From the NCBI RefSeq assembly GCF_006345805.1, contig NC_043006.1:5270001-5334000 (forward strand): a DNA stretch of 64,000 nucleotides, read 5' to 3'. Below, in pieces: positions 12,161-25,158 of the stretch; the first letter of the stretch is position 1; each line of letters begins with the position of its first letter. This stretch comes from Octopus sinensis. Taxonomy: Eukaryota. The notes below the pieces were generated by a model. That model was not told the origin of the DNA, did not search any database, and saw only the letters and a program-made list of their open reading frames with translations. Both the position numbers and the translations under genes were made by a program.

Positions 12161-12390
12161 ATACCTATTTCTTTATTACACACAAGGGGCTAAACATAGA
12201 GGGGACAAACATGGATAGATATAGGTATTAAGTCGATTATATCGACCCCAGTGATTAACTAGTACTTAATTTATCGACCCCGAAAGGATGAAAGGCAAAG
12301 TCGACCTTGGCGGAATTTGAACTCACAACGTAACGGCAGCCGAAATACCGGTAAGCATTTCGCCCGACGTGCTAACGATTCTGCTAGCTC
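12161..12390 (-). mobile_element. SINE family B
   Basis: Reverse complement of family B. Confidence 0.88.
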
Positions 12391-12659
12391 GGATCCTTGA
12401 TACCGTATGCGTGAGCTTTATGTTCACCGTGCTTGAGAGAGAGAAAGAGGGTGAGGATGAGGGCGAGAGAGAGGAGAAAGAAAGTTGCTTTAGCAAGCGG
12501 TTGGGGTAATTTTCTGGAGCGTTGTCTGTGTTATTGTTTAGCCCCAGGTCAGTCCTGGTTGAGCATATCTACGATTCACTTTTACCAATGAAGTTTTCTA
12601 TGGTATAAATTTAATATTTGCAACAGTGAATAACTGTTCTATTCGATGAATGAATCTCT

Positions 12660-13620
12660 AACAGCTTGGTAGACATATGTGGGTCTTCGATATTGACGGT
12701 TTAGCTATATATTTCAAATAAACAATGAGAATTCCTCTTGAATAAATTGTTTCATTCACTTGCCAATTCCGTATTTTATGGAAGCAAATTCCTATAAGTG
12801 CATTGGTTTTCGGAATAATGAATGTATAAAATGAGAATTCATTCATCAACCTAAACTTATTTGTTGCTTTTGTTTGTCATATGTCTAGGTCAATTAAAAA
12901 TCTTCATTTATGAAGCTGTTGTGGGAGAAATATGTTCTCCAAATCCTATTGTACTGTAGCTGATTAGCGGTTTCGATTCTCCAGAAAGATGTCGCAGCTA
13001 AACTCCCAGCTTCCTTCTAGAAAAGGAATTATTTTTGTATCAAACCAACCTCAAGTGTTTCTTAAGGACATGTCACCTCACCAGCTGCCCATCTTCGTTG
13101 ATTTAATTTGTTCCTTTTTCCATTGTATAGTTATATTCATACTCTATGAATATCACATCATGTCATTTCTTTTCATCGGTGTCCACTAAGAACCGACACA
13201 ATTAGAAAGTCGTATTGTAGAAGGCACCATTGAATTCCAACCATGAATGAGGATTACTATTCTTTAATTCTTTAAATAGGGTTTCATTTTACCTTGGCAC
13301 ATCAAAGTTTAATTTTGGTGAGTCAGTTTCAGTTACGAAAGAAACCAGTTTCTTATTTACACAGGCAATTCCTAGAAGTTTCTTTCAGGCTAACAGTTTA
13401 CCATTTAATATCTCTGCTTTGCTCGCAGACGACCAAGATAAGCGATTTCGCAATTGGGCTTTCATTTCCGTTATTTTCTCATTTTACGTTTTGATAGCAA
13501 GTTTCATCCTATATTTTGACGACAGTAATTGGTTTAGGACATCCCCAACATCAGCTTCTAGCAGTATTATATTCCTCGAGTTACTTTGATTTCTCGAAAA
13601 CATTCATCATTATTTCTCCA
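12660..13620 (-). mobile_element. possible very old RLE-LINE (R4/Dong-like) RT relic
   Basis: Only short motif hints on the minus strand (PHSWL near 13240, FWR near 12980); no ORF. Confidence 0.25.
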
Positions 13621-14416
13621 TCTCTCCTCAATTGCTGTAACAGACAACACAGGCAAAAATCAAAGTCTTGCTATTTTTAGAACAAGCTTCATGAATGAAT
13701 GTAATAAAGTAGTTTTACCTGCTTCTTGCTCAGTAATTTCGAAATAGCAAACTAAGGCTTTCTGTTTGTTCGCCGAACTGAAAGGAAAATGACTAAAACT
13801 TATAGAGGATAAAATAGTCATGCGATAAAGTAGTCACTTGTTATAAAGTTAAATTTGTGTAAAAATACATTTATTTTCCTTTTGAGGTGTACAACTTTCA
13901 TACTTTCACAAGCATATTTCTTCTCATTCGTGTTAAATTAAATGACCGTATTAATAAATAATCTCAATTAAAAAGAAAGGTGATGTAAATTCTATTTTAT
14001 AAAACAGAATTTGTAGGCTCTTAGCAATTTCAGTTCCAAATTTAAGTTAACTCGCTCCTCTTTATGCCGCTGTTGACTTTATGAACAATTAAGTTATCAC
14101 AATTTCTCCCTAAAATATATTTATCTCGTCTCAAAATAAGATTTCTGACATAGCCACGAAACTAAAATTTTGAGGTAGGAAGAAAAAATCAGTTGAGTTG
14201 ACCCAGCACTTGACTAGTACTTTATTTTATCGATCCTAGAAAGGGAAACGATAAACAAAGACAACCCCCATCGTCATTAGAACATACAACATAATATCGA
14301 GGACAAGGCTATTTTCTCCTTTTCTCCAACGGTCTAATGATCGTGCCAACTTACAGGATGGCATATTGTTACATTTCATAAAATTCCTCACATATTTAAT
14401 ATTTTCAATTTTCCAA

Positions 14417-14815
14417 GGCGGCGAGCTGGCAGAAACATTAGCACGTCGGGCGAAATGCGTTGCCGTATTTCGTTTGCCGTTATGTTCTGAGTTCAAATTC
14501 CGCCGAGGTCGACTTTGCTTTTCATCCTCTCGGGGTCGATAAATTAAGTACCAGTTACGCACTGTGGTCGATGTAATCGACTTAATCCGTGTGTCTGTCC
14601 TTGTTTGTTCTCTCTGTGTTTAGCCCCTTGTGGGTAGTAAAGAAATAGGTATTTCCTCTGTCTTTACGTTATGAGTTCAAATTCCGCCGAGGTCGACTTT
14701 GCCTTTAATCCTCTCAGGATCGATAAATTAAGTAACAGTTGCATACTGGGGTCGATGTAATCGACTGGCCCCCTCCACCAAAATTTCGGGTCTTGTGCCT
14801 AGAGTAGAAAAGAAT
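14417..14815 (+). mobile_element. SINE family B head-to-tail dimer with two different tails
   Basis: A second, 5'-truncated unit starts at ~14648 via shared GGTATTTC and ends ..CTTGTGCCTAGAGTAGAAAAGAAT. Confidence 0.85.
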
Positions 14816-16399
14816 ATTTTCTTTTTCACAAAAGTTAAATCTCATTTATGGAAGGAGAGACACAAATCCTTGTTAATTTGCCTCATTACGTTCCTAATAT
14901 TTCTTTTATTAGTGTTCAAACAATGAACCGAGAATCATATGAACCATTAATACTGAATATAATAAAGAGTATATGTTCGTCCCCATGTCTTTCTGCAGAA
15001 TTGCTTCAGACCTTTTCTTTCGTTAATGATTTCATTTAATTTAATCTATTAACTTTTAGTATTCATTTTTAAATGCCAACGATACACTTGACACAAAATA
15101 TATACTGTAAACGTTTTATAAAAATGTAAGAAATGTTACCACTTAACAAACATAAAATTCTGGGAGATGCATGAGATCATGTCTTCTTATTTCTTTTCTT
15201 ACATAACCACAAGTTTTCATTTCTCGAACTTTGCAAAATGGTAGCACCAGTCGAGCCGAAATCTTGCTGCCTTTGATTTTCATTTGAAACCAGGTTACTT
15301 CATTTGGTCTGTTAAAGCTGTTAGGAATGGCATGAACATCACAACTGCTATTTTATCCATAAATATTTAAAAAGGGTTATAAGATACGAATATTTAGCTA
15401 AACCATGTTTGCGTGTCGCATCGCATGACATTCGCTTCCGGTGATCATTCCACTGATGATGTCCTTGAGAAATGCTTGAGTGTTTCAGCATCCTGTTTTG
15501 TACGCCGATAAGTTTAGAGCCTCTTGATTAAGGAAGAAATCAATATTTTGTCTGAAAAGAATTGCGAAACACTAAGAAATATATTCAAAACCTGAGCTAA
15601 TTCGGCTGTTTGGGCGGCGTCAAGGATGTAGAAATGCAAGACACGAATTTCCTGTTTGTTATCTTTTGCATAATATTTGAGATGTTGGGAGAAAGGAGAT
15701 ATGGTGTAATTTTGTCGGGTCTCAAGTGTCTTCTTTCTTCGCTAAGAGAAAATATATTATGAAGGCAAGGATTTATTTGACACACATTAGGAATATATAT
15801 GAAGCAGAGCAAAAGACAGCGGTCAACCCAGCAATTTCAGGACACTTTGATATCAGCGCTTACAACTAATATCATTGGGTGAGACACTTTTGAAGATATT
15901 TATCCATTGAACATTTGATGTGTAAAAGTTAAAACTTGGGTATATTATTATTAACGAAGTATATAGTGATTCTACAGAAAAAAATGAAACTGGAAGAAAG
16001 AAATAGACTACAAATAATGGTTTTACCGGAGGCCAGTGTGTCTTGCACAATAGTGTGATTTCTTTCAGAATTTTAACGGAGATACGTTTATAATTGACCA
16101 GAAGGCATGGCTAGTTACATAGGAGTGGTATAAGACGATAAAGATTTGTGTAATCATTTAGTAAATATACACCGTGATAAACCAACAACTATCCCATATG
16201 TATATCATTGCAAGCATTTTGTGTTTTAATAGCAAAAGTGTTTATTTTATTTTTTTTGTTTAATTTCTGTGAACCTCGAATATAAATATCTCACCAGAAA
16301 AATCTGATCTAACTTGCGGTTTTCACATTTACTTACAGCTAGAACGATCAAAAGAGTCAGCTAAAGAACCATACGCTGTAGGCATTCACACAACAGCTA

Positions 16400-16546
16400 A
16401 CGTGTTTGTGTGTGTGTGTGTGTGTATGTGAAAGTGGGTGGGTGTGTGTATATATGTCTCTATATATAGGTATGCCTACACATCTATATAAATATATATA
16501 TATATATTATAATATATATAATATATATATATATAATATATATATA

Positions 16547-16598
<52 letters not shown>

Positions 16599-16775
16599 CT
16601 GTATTGTGTATGAGTATGTGTTCAGATAGAGTGGAAAAGAGAAAGAAGAGAGAGGGACAGAAAGGATAAGAGGGAAACGGATGCACATATGTATATGTCT
16701 GTATTTATGTATGCATTTATTTATACATATATATGAAGATACTGTTAATGGTTTAGCGCATGTTTGTGCAAATAT

Positions 16776-16808
<33 letters not shown>

Positions 16809-16950
16809 CACCACACACACACACACATATATATATGAATATACGTATATGTGTATATATGTATGGATTTATATGTATATGTACGTGTATGTATATATAT
16901 GTACATTTACATATAGATATACAAAGATTATGTTCATATCTATCTATCTA
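16400..16950. repeat. compound (TG)n/(TA)n/(CA)n low-complexity tract
   Basis: Seen directly in sequence. Confidence 0.9.
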
Positions 16951-17455
16951 CCTGTTATAACTCTCTCTCCCTCTGTATTTCTGTACACATGCATGTATAT
17001 ATGAAGTGGGGGGGGGGAGAGCAGTTATAATTCATATACAGTATGCTTCTCTCATCCTTGTGTGTGTTTTTACGTTTCTCTGCACGTATATACACACGTA
17101 TAAAGCCATTGGGATTCTAAAATCCAGAAACAGACTGTCCTCGGGTATCGTATATGGATGTGATCTTTCATTGTTTTTCCCTTATACCTATGTGAGTTAT
17201 TTTTCTGAGTATGCATTGTCTGGAGACTTTTATTTGCAGTTGAAGAAATAGCCAAATTTTTGGCTGCTATTTCTGAAAAGTTCGGTGTGTGGTAAAGTGA
17301 ATTCTTTTACTTTACCATATTTTTATAAATTAATACTTCAAATATACCGTAAATGGTCTTTACATACCGAATACTGCTTGGTCGAATTTATTAATAATTA
17401 ATTAATTCGACCCCCTTCTTTGATAACAATATAATGCTTTTGTATAGTTAGGAAT

Positions 17456-17508
<53 letters not shown>

Positions 17509-17519
17509 TATATAGAAGG

Positions 17520-17570
17520 AGCTTCTACAGGACTAGAACTGTTTCATTCAAGAGAAATCTTCAGGAAGCT
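17520..17570 (-). ncRNA. type-I hammerhead ribozyme motif (left arm)
   Basis: Reverse complement of 19112-19162. Confidence 0.8.
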
Positions 17571-17818
17571 AGTTAACAAGAATTGTATTGGCATTTATAC
17601 ATTTAGGCAGGTTTATAGGGGTGGTGGTGGGGGACTTTTTGGGGGTAGGCATAGCGCAAAAAAATCATACTTGGGGGAGTGGTCAAGGAGTCAGTGGTAA
17701 ATTAGATAGAAGAATAAGTAAAAGAATGTATATGCATGTATATGTGTATGTGCGTGTATGTGTATATGTGTATGTATGTGTGTGTGTATATATGTATATG
17801 TATGTATGTATGTGTATG

Positions 17819-17861
<43 letters not shown>

Positions 17862-18598
17862 ATGTATATGTGTATGTGTATGTATTTGTATGTGTATGCA
17901 TGCGCGTATATATATGTATGTATATGTATACGTGTGGGTGTGTGTATGTGTGTATATATGTATGTATGTATGGGTGTATGTATGTATGTATGTATGCGGA
18001 TGTGTGTATATATGTATATGTATATATATGTATATATGTGTATATATATATATATGTGTGTGTGTATATGTGTATGTATATATATATATGTGTGTATATA
18101 TATGTATGTATGTATTTGTATGTAGGTGTATATGTATGTGTGTATATATATTTGGTGTATATGTATAGACTAGTCTTCTAAGATTGTAGACATGAATCTG
18201 TAGGTACGCGTATGTATGTGTATATACGTGTATGTATGTAGATGTATGTATGTATGAATATAACGCGTGCGTGCGTGTATGTGTATGAGTGTACGAATGA
18301 GAGTGTGTGTGCGTGCTAATGAGTGTGCGTGCGTGAGTGAGTGCTTGTGCTCAAGTAGAAAGATAAAAGGGACTAGCCAAGATGTTTGTGACCAGCGGTC
18401 AAAGATAACAAAAGTAATAAATGAAGATAATAAAATTAAAATTAGGGAATGGGTTTGTAATTGTATGTATATATGTGTGTATGTGTAGGTATGAATAGGT
18501 ACACATATGTCTGTATGTATGTGTATATATATGTATGTGTGTGTGTGTGTATACATACATATATGTGTATGAATGGGTACACATATGTATGTATATAT

Positions 18599-18629
<31 letters not shown>

Positions 18630-18657
18630 TGTGTATACATACATATATGTGTATATG

Positions 18658-18688
<31 letters not shown>

Positions 18689-19111
18689 GTGTATATGTAT
18701 ATATGAGTATATAGGGACTTGTGTGTTGTGTGTGCATGTGTGTATGTGGATATGTGTGTGTATGTATATATTTTTTTTGTGTGTATGTGTATGTGTGGTC
18801 GTGTGTGTGGTATATATATATATAATATATATATATATGGGTGTGTTGTGTATGTATGTGTGTATGTATATGTGTGTGTGTTGAGAATTTCCTTATTTAC
18901 CTAAAACTCTATTCTTCTATATAATTTTATATTTTTTTATTTTTTTATTCTTTTTTTCTTTTATTTATTCTTCTATCTAATTTACCACTGACTCCTTGAC
19001 CACTCCCCCAAGTATGATTTTTTTGCGCTATGCCTACCCCCAAAAAGTCCCCCACCACCACCCCTATAAACCTGCCTAAATGTATAAATGCCAATACAAT
19101 TCTTGTTAACT

Positions 19112-19162
19112 AGCTTCCTGAAGATTTCTCTTGAATGAAACAGTTCTAGTCCTGTAGAAGCT
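19112..19162 (+). ncRNA. type-I hammerhead ribozyme motif (right arm)
   Basis: AGCTTC-CTGAAGA-TTTC tctt GAAT-GAAA-CAG ttctagtc CTG-TA-GAAGCT: intact CUGANGA/GAAA/GUA core, with a U-U at the base of stem II. Confidence 0.8.
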
Positions 19163-19248
19163 CCTTCTATATAATAAATTAATTTTACTCTGCTATGTAT
19201 TGAGTACCTTATTTACTGTGGTTAACCCCGAATCAACCCGGGACCTAC

Positions 19249-19268
19249 ATATATATATATATATATAT

Positions 19269-19312
<44 letters not shown>

Positions 19313-19321
19313 TATATATAC

Positions 19322-19372
<51 letters not shown>

Positions 19373-19386
19373 ATATATATATATAT

Positions 19387-19463
<77 letters not shown>

Positions 19464-19519
19464 GTATGTATGTATGTATATATGTATATGTATGTATATA
19501 TATTATTATATATATATAT

Positions 19520-19553
<34 letters not shown>

Positions 19554-19605
19554 CTATATATATATATAAAATACATACAGAGACTGAGAGATACATTCAT
19601 ATACA

Positions 19606-19653
<48 letters not shown>

Positions 19654-19712
19654 CACACAAACACACATAAACACACACTCAAACACACACACATATATAT
19701 ATGTATGTATAT
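19249..19712. repeat. long imperfect (TA)n tract
   Basis: Seen directly in sequence. Confidence 0.95.
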
Positions 19713-19939
19713 ATCTTAGTGGATCACATATCCGAAAAAGAAGCTCACTCTTCCAGTTGGAGCAGTAAAGTATTTACTTGAAGTTAAATACATGTCCGGT
19801 CATAGAGTGTCCAAAGGTTTCGCATTCATAAAGCGCTTAGCTTTATAGAGATCTCGTCAGACACCAATGGCTGCGGGTATATAACCTCTCTTCGTGAGTT
19901 AATTTGTAAATCAAAGAATAATCTCTCTCTCTCTCTTTT

Positions 19940-20055
19940 TTTCTCTTTTACTTGTTTCAGTCATTTGACTGCGGCCATGCTTGAGCACCACCTTTAGTCG
20001 AGCAAATCGACCCCGGGACTTATTCTTTGTAAGCGCAGTACTTATTCTATCGGTC
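19940..20055 (-). mobile_element. SINE family C 3' fragment
   Basis: TTTTACTTGTTTCAGTCATTTGACTGCGGCCATGC matches the reverse complement of the family C tail. Confidence 0.85.
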
Positions 20056-20065
20056 AAATATATAT

Positions 20066-20382
20066 ATCACCGTGATCACCGTGACCGACCAGGCTATCAG
20101 ATGTTGCTACACATCGCTGGTCGCAATGCGCTTCGCATTGTTTTAGCCTTCGAATGACGCCACCCTGCTGGCCTGCCCGCTAAGCGAGCAGGCCAACAGA
20201 AGAAAGAGTGAGAGAAAGTTGTGGCGAAAGAGTACAGCAGGGATCACCCCCCCTGCCAGAATATCGTGAAGCTTTTAGGTGTTTTCGCTCAATAAACACT
20301 CACAACGCCCGGTCTGGGAATTGAAACCGCGATCCTACGACCGCGAGTCTACTGCCCTAACCATTGGGCCATTGCGCCTCCA
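20066..20382 (-). mobile_element. SINE family A head with a third type of 3' tail
   Basis: 20205-20382 matches the family A head/core. 20066-20200 is different, ends in a duplicated ATCACCGTG next to (TA)n, and resembles 58010-58038. Confidence 0.85.
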
Positions 20383-20545
20383 CAATACATTTTGAGCCTT
20401 GAACGGGATGGGTTATCGCTCTTAGATCCTCCCTCTTGTGTGACACCTTAAGGATGAAGGAACTCCATACGAAATTGAATAGGATCATACAGCAGCGCTA
20501 GTCCGATATCAACGGGAGAGGATGATGCAAACTTTGTATAGTAGA

Positions 20546-21440
20546 GAAGAGTATACAACTAGAAATTTATAGTATACAAGATAATATAGAAATATATTGA
20601 ATTATGAAAAGCAACTGTCAATGTGAACTATGGTTCATATTCTTGGAGTAGTGATCACCTTCAGTTATGAATTTTCTCGAGGTCCACAATAGTTTGAAGT
20701 TATATAAGAAAATCTAGACCAAAATGAATCCCAACACATTTATACCGAAAGAAATTCTATATTGTATAGTTTTTTATAAACTTCCGACCATGCTATAGTC
20801 TACAGAATAACAGTAGAATCTTTATAGGGGGTTGCTAGATGTGCTTATTTATGTCTATGAGAAAACCTAATAATAATAATAATGATGATGATGATGATTC
20901 ATTATAGTGTTGATATATTGTTACAAGAGAGGACAATACACTTCCTGTCAAAGGCCACCATATGTCTCCGACAATAATAGTTAGTATTCAATTTCGTTTG
21001 TGAACCCGACTATAAAAGATACAATAGTAAGTTATACTTCATAGCTAAAAATAACAAGAGAACCATATTAGTAAACGCTAGGACACAGAACATAGCCAAT
21101 GAAAAAGCACAAAAGCAACAGTCAATCAATAAGCGAAAATCCAAACCATATTGTATCAGTTCTCGCCTGAAGATGGCAGTCGCTCGAAACTCTAATTGTG
21201 AAATTTCAAGTAATAATAATAGTAATAGTTTCAAATGTTGAAACAAGGCAAACAAATTCTAGGGAGGGCAAAAACCGATTAGATCGACACTAGTGTTCAA
21301 CTAGTGTTTATTTTGTGGACCTCGAAAGGATAAAAGGCAAAGTCGACCTCGGTGGTAGTTGAACTTAGAACGTAAAGACAGATGAAATGTCCGCTGAGCA
21401 TTTCGCCCGGTGTGCTAATGAGACTTTCATCTCGCCGTCT
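20546..21440 (+). repeat. copy 1 of a ~0.9-kb direct duplication (copy 2 at 33748-34656), including a degenerate hammerhead (21163-21201) and a minus-strand SINE B remnant
   Basis: Colinear high similarity, including a shared TAA/TGA microsatellite and the same SINE position. Confidence 0.9.
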
Positions 21441-21666
21441 AATGATGATGATGATGATGATGATGATAATAACAATAATGATAATGATGATCATGATGGT
21501 GATGATGATGGTGATAATGATGATGATCATGATAATAATAATAATAATGGAAGAAGAAGAAGAAGAAGAAATAGAAGAAGAAGAAGAAGAAGAAGAAGAA
21601 GAAGAAGAAGAAGAAGAAGAAGAAGAAGAAGAAGAAGAAGAAGAAAAAGGAGGAGAAGAAGAAGAC
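21441..21666. repeat. compound trinucleotide repeat (GAT)n/(AAT)n/(GAA)n
   Basis: Seen directly in sequence. Confidence 0.97.
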
Positions 21667-22150
21667 ATAACAGAATAATAGCGCTGGTCTAAGTACCAAC
21701 ATGAACGTACGCTAAGAATCTCTCTCCACAAAACAAACTTAATCCAATAACATCGGTGCGATGGAAGGAAAACTTCGCAATACAACTACCGTGGGAAAAG
21801 TTCTGTTAAGGCAAAGGAGCTAAAAATCGGAAAGATTTTTGTTATATAAAGTGTAGTGTCTTTCTTAAATCCACGATATCTCAATGCTACATATAAGAGA
21901 AGTCGAAACCAGCACCAGGAACCCTGGGAAAATACCAACCACACAGTAAGTACGTAAATTGAATAATTCCCTATACATGCAACCGTCCATGCATCCTTGT
22001 GCACATGTTAATATTTATAAGCGGCATAAATAATGCTTACACTACACACACGTACACACACAGAAAATAAAAGAAAAAAAAGGGTCACGAGCGATGCCGG
22101 ACTAAAGAAAAACAAAGCGTCTTCCCACAAGCGAATAAATAAAAGGAGTG

Positions 22151-22537
22151 GTGGAAGCACTCCGTCGGTTACGACGATGAGGTTTCCAGTTGATTCGAAT
22201 CAACGGAACAGCCTGCTTGTGAAATTAACGTGTAAGTGGCTGAGCACTCCACAGACACGTGCACGCTTAACGTAGTTCTCGGGGATATTCAGCGTGACGC
22301 AGAGAGTGACAAGGCCGGCCCCTTGAAATACAGGTGCAACAGAAACAGGAAGTAAGAGTGAGAGAAAGTTGTGGTGAAAGAGTACAGCAGGGATCACCAC
22401 CATCCCCTGCCGGAGTCTCATGGAGCTTTTAGGTGTTTTCGCTCAATAAACACTCACAACGCCCGGTCTGGGAATCGAAACCGCGATCCTATGACCGCGA
22501 GTCCGCTGCCCTAACCACTGGGCCATTGCGCCTCCAC
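22151..22537 (-). mobile_element. SINE family A, full length
   Basis: Near-identical to 4697-5077. Confidence 0.92.
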
Positions 22538-22559
22538 GATATGATATATATATCCATTC

Positions 22560-24560
22560 GAGGAACAAGGAAGCGGTGTCATGTCAAAAAGACCCGTCTC
22601 GTATTGTCTCCGTCAATCCTTTAATGACAAGTCAAAATTCATGCCGGATCTGTTATCGCCCAGGGCACCAAAGACCGCGTTACCCAGTGGGGGACCAGAG
22701 TGGGGAACGAAAAATATGCTGCTGAAACAAGCTCTCAAGAAAGAAAAACGATCTACTAGGTAACTAGAACCAAGATAACCCTAACCTTGGATCTGTAGTG
22801 ACGCCACCAAAAACACCAGCTGAGGGAAAACGCATAAAATGGACTAGAGAGGATTATAGAGATGTGTTGAAAGCTTTCCATACAGCCCAGAGCTAAGCCC
22901 AAACAATTACCTCATTGTACAAACATACATTTCATGGAGAAACTTAGTAGGGAACAAATTACGCAGATATATAGATGCAAATAAATTAAGTAATGTACGT
23001 AGAGACATCATTAAGAATAAAAGGTTAACTGACACTGAATTTAGGCAAATTAGGACACAAGTAGGTAACAGAACCCAATGTACGGGCAGTGCATCCCAAC
23101 GAGAAAGCTGAAGACAGAATAGCGAAGAACAGAGTGATAAATACCTGGGGATTAACGAAGGAGATGGTATACAACATGCTACTATGAAGGAAAAATAAGA
23201 AAGCAGTATTACAGGAGAATAGGACTCTTACTAAATACTGAACTCAACTTTAAAAATCGCATCAAAGCCATTAACACCCTGGCACTTCGAAGTATCCAAT
23301 ACAATTTTAACATCATTAACTGGAATCTCACAGAACTCCAACGTCTGGACAGGAAGACAAGAAAACTACTAACATCTAAGAACATGCTCCAACCAAAAGC
23401 AGATGTTGATCGTCTGTAGCTACCAAGAAGTAATGGGGGAAGAGAAATGATGCAGGTAGAACTGTGCTATAAGACCTTCACAATAGCAATGAACAGGTAC
23501 TTATCTTATACAGGTGACTTGATGCTGCGGCTTGTGTGCTGACACGAATGCAGCAAAAATCGCATTCTATTGTCAAGGAAGCTTGCAAATTCGCAAAGGA
23601 ACTTGGCATTAACCCTGAATTAGGTGTAGAACCTGAAGCCACTGCCACAAAATAAGCAAAACGGATTAAGCAGACGGCAAAAAAGAACGGGCAGGAATAA
23701 ATTGAGGAGCGGTGGAGCCAGAAGCCTCTGCATGGACAGTGTATAGTTCGAAGTCAAAATGCTAATGTAGACCAAGCAGCAACCCATCAGTGGCTGAGTT
23801 CAGGACTGGAGCAGAGACCGAAAATTTCATATTGGTTGCACGAGATCGAAATGTGCTTACCAAAAACTATCAGGCTGACGATCTTCAAAACGGTTCTGAC
23901 TTTAAATGCAGATTCTGCGACACATTTGACGAAACATTAGACCATCTGGTTTTGGGATATCCTATGCTAATACCAAACGAATGCAAAAATCGCTACGATA
24001 GGGTAGGACAGTATTTACATTGGAAAATATGTAAACGCTACACATTCAGCACTCCTGCTTACTGTATGAACATCATCCTGAGCCGTTGAAGGTAAACATG
24101 TTACTATTCTCTGGGATTTTCCAGTTAACGCCGACAGAACGATCCAGACTAATCGACAAGTCATAATAATTAAAGACAGAGAAGAAAATATTTTTAGACT
24201 AATAGATGTAAGAGTTCCCATTGATAAAAATATATCTGTAAAGGAATTTGACAAATTAAGTGAATATAAAGGACATGGAAATTGAAATACAGAAGTGGTA
24301 TCTGTTCCCGCTATTGTATGTGCCCTGGGTATGATAAAAATGGAGTGTCAGAAACATCTGGATAAGATCTCAGGAGAACCATCTCAAAGAAATCCAAAAG
24401 ATTGTGCAACAAGTGCTGCGCACATACAGAGAAAAACCCTATCCATTTAAATGTCTGTGTTGTATTACATAAAGATATTTTGCTACTGCTCTGCCACTCC
24501 CTGCCAAGCTTTCAGTCATACTGTAACATCTCTTGTCCTTCAATCGCCCTAGGACGCTGG

Positions 24561-24565
<5 letters not shown>
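22560..24565 (+). mobile_element. decayed, internally deleted RLE-type non-LTR retrotransposon (R4/Dong-like)
   Basis: N-terminal RIKWTREDY jumps to the late RT motif KYLGINEG. CCHC finger CRFC..DHLVLG, then RYDRVGQYLHW, ILWDF and LIDVRVP..KEFDKL (restriction-like endonuclease). Many stops. Confidence 0.85.
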
Positions 24566-24618
<53 letters not shown>

Positions 24619-24630
24619 GTATATATATAT

Positions 24631-25030
24631 AGCGTAGGAGTGGCTGTGTGGTAAGTAGCTTGCTTACCAACCACATGGTTCTGGGTTCAGTCCCACTGCG
24701 TGGCACCTTGGGCAAGTGTCTTCTACTATAGCCTCGGGTCGACCAAAGTCTTGTGAGTGGATTTGGTAGACGGAAGCTGAAAGAAGCCCGTCGTATATAT
24801 GTATATACATGTGTATGTGTGTCTCTGTGTTTGTCCCCTCCCCCCAACATAGCTCAACAACCGATGCTGGTGTGCTTACGTCCCCGTAACTTAGCGGTTT
24901 GGCAACAGAGACCAATAGAATAAGTACTAGGCTTACAAAGAATAAGTCCTGGGGTCGATTTGCTTGACTAAAGGCGGTGCTCCAGCATGGCCGCAGTGAA
25001 ACGACTGAAACAAGTAAAAGAGTAAAAGAG
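24631..25030 (+). mobile_element. SINE family C, full length, followed by (TAGA)n at 25031-25157
   Basis: Matches 3565-3975. Confidence 0.92.
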
Positions 25031-25031
25031 T

Positions 25032-25158
<127 letters not shown>

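Larger units (their letters stand above)
17503..19248 (+). mobile_element. non-coding PLE-derived element: 215-bp inverted repeat arms (17503-17717 and 18965-19179) around a microsatellite-rich spacer, plus ~70-bp 3' tail; inserted in (TA)n
   Basis: The arms are exact reverse complements by eye and each carries a hammerhead. A second family member lies at 39324-39622. Confidence 0.85.

Noticed and set aside
15440-15480. CTGATGA..GAAA hammerhead-like words
   Set aside because: Stems I-III do not pair.
21297-21785. Poly-E/R/S/D/M ORFs
   Set aside because: Trinucleotide repeat tract that is open in several frames on both strands.
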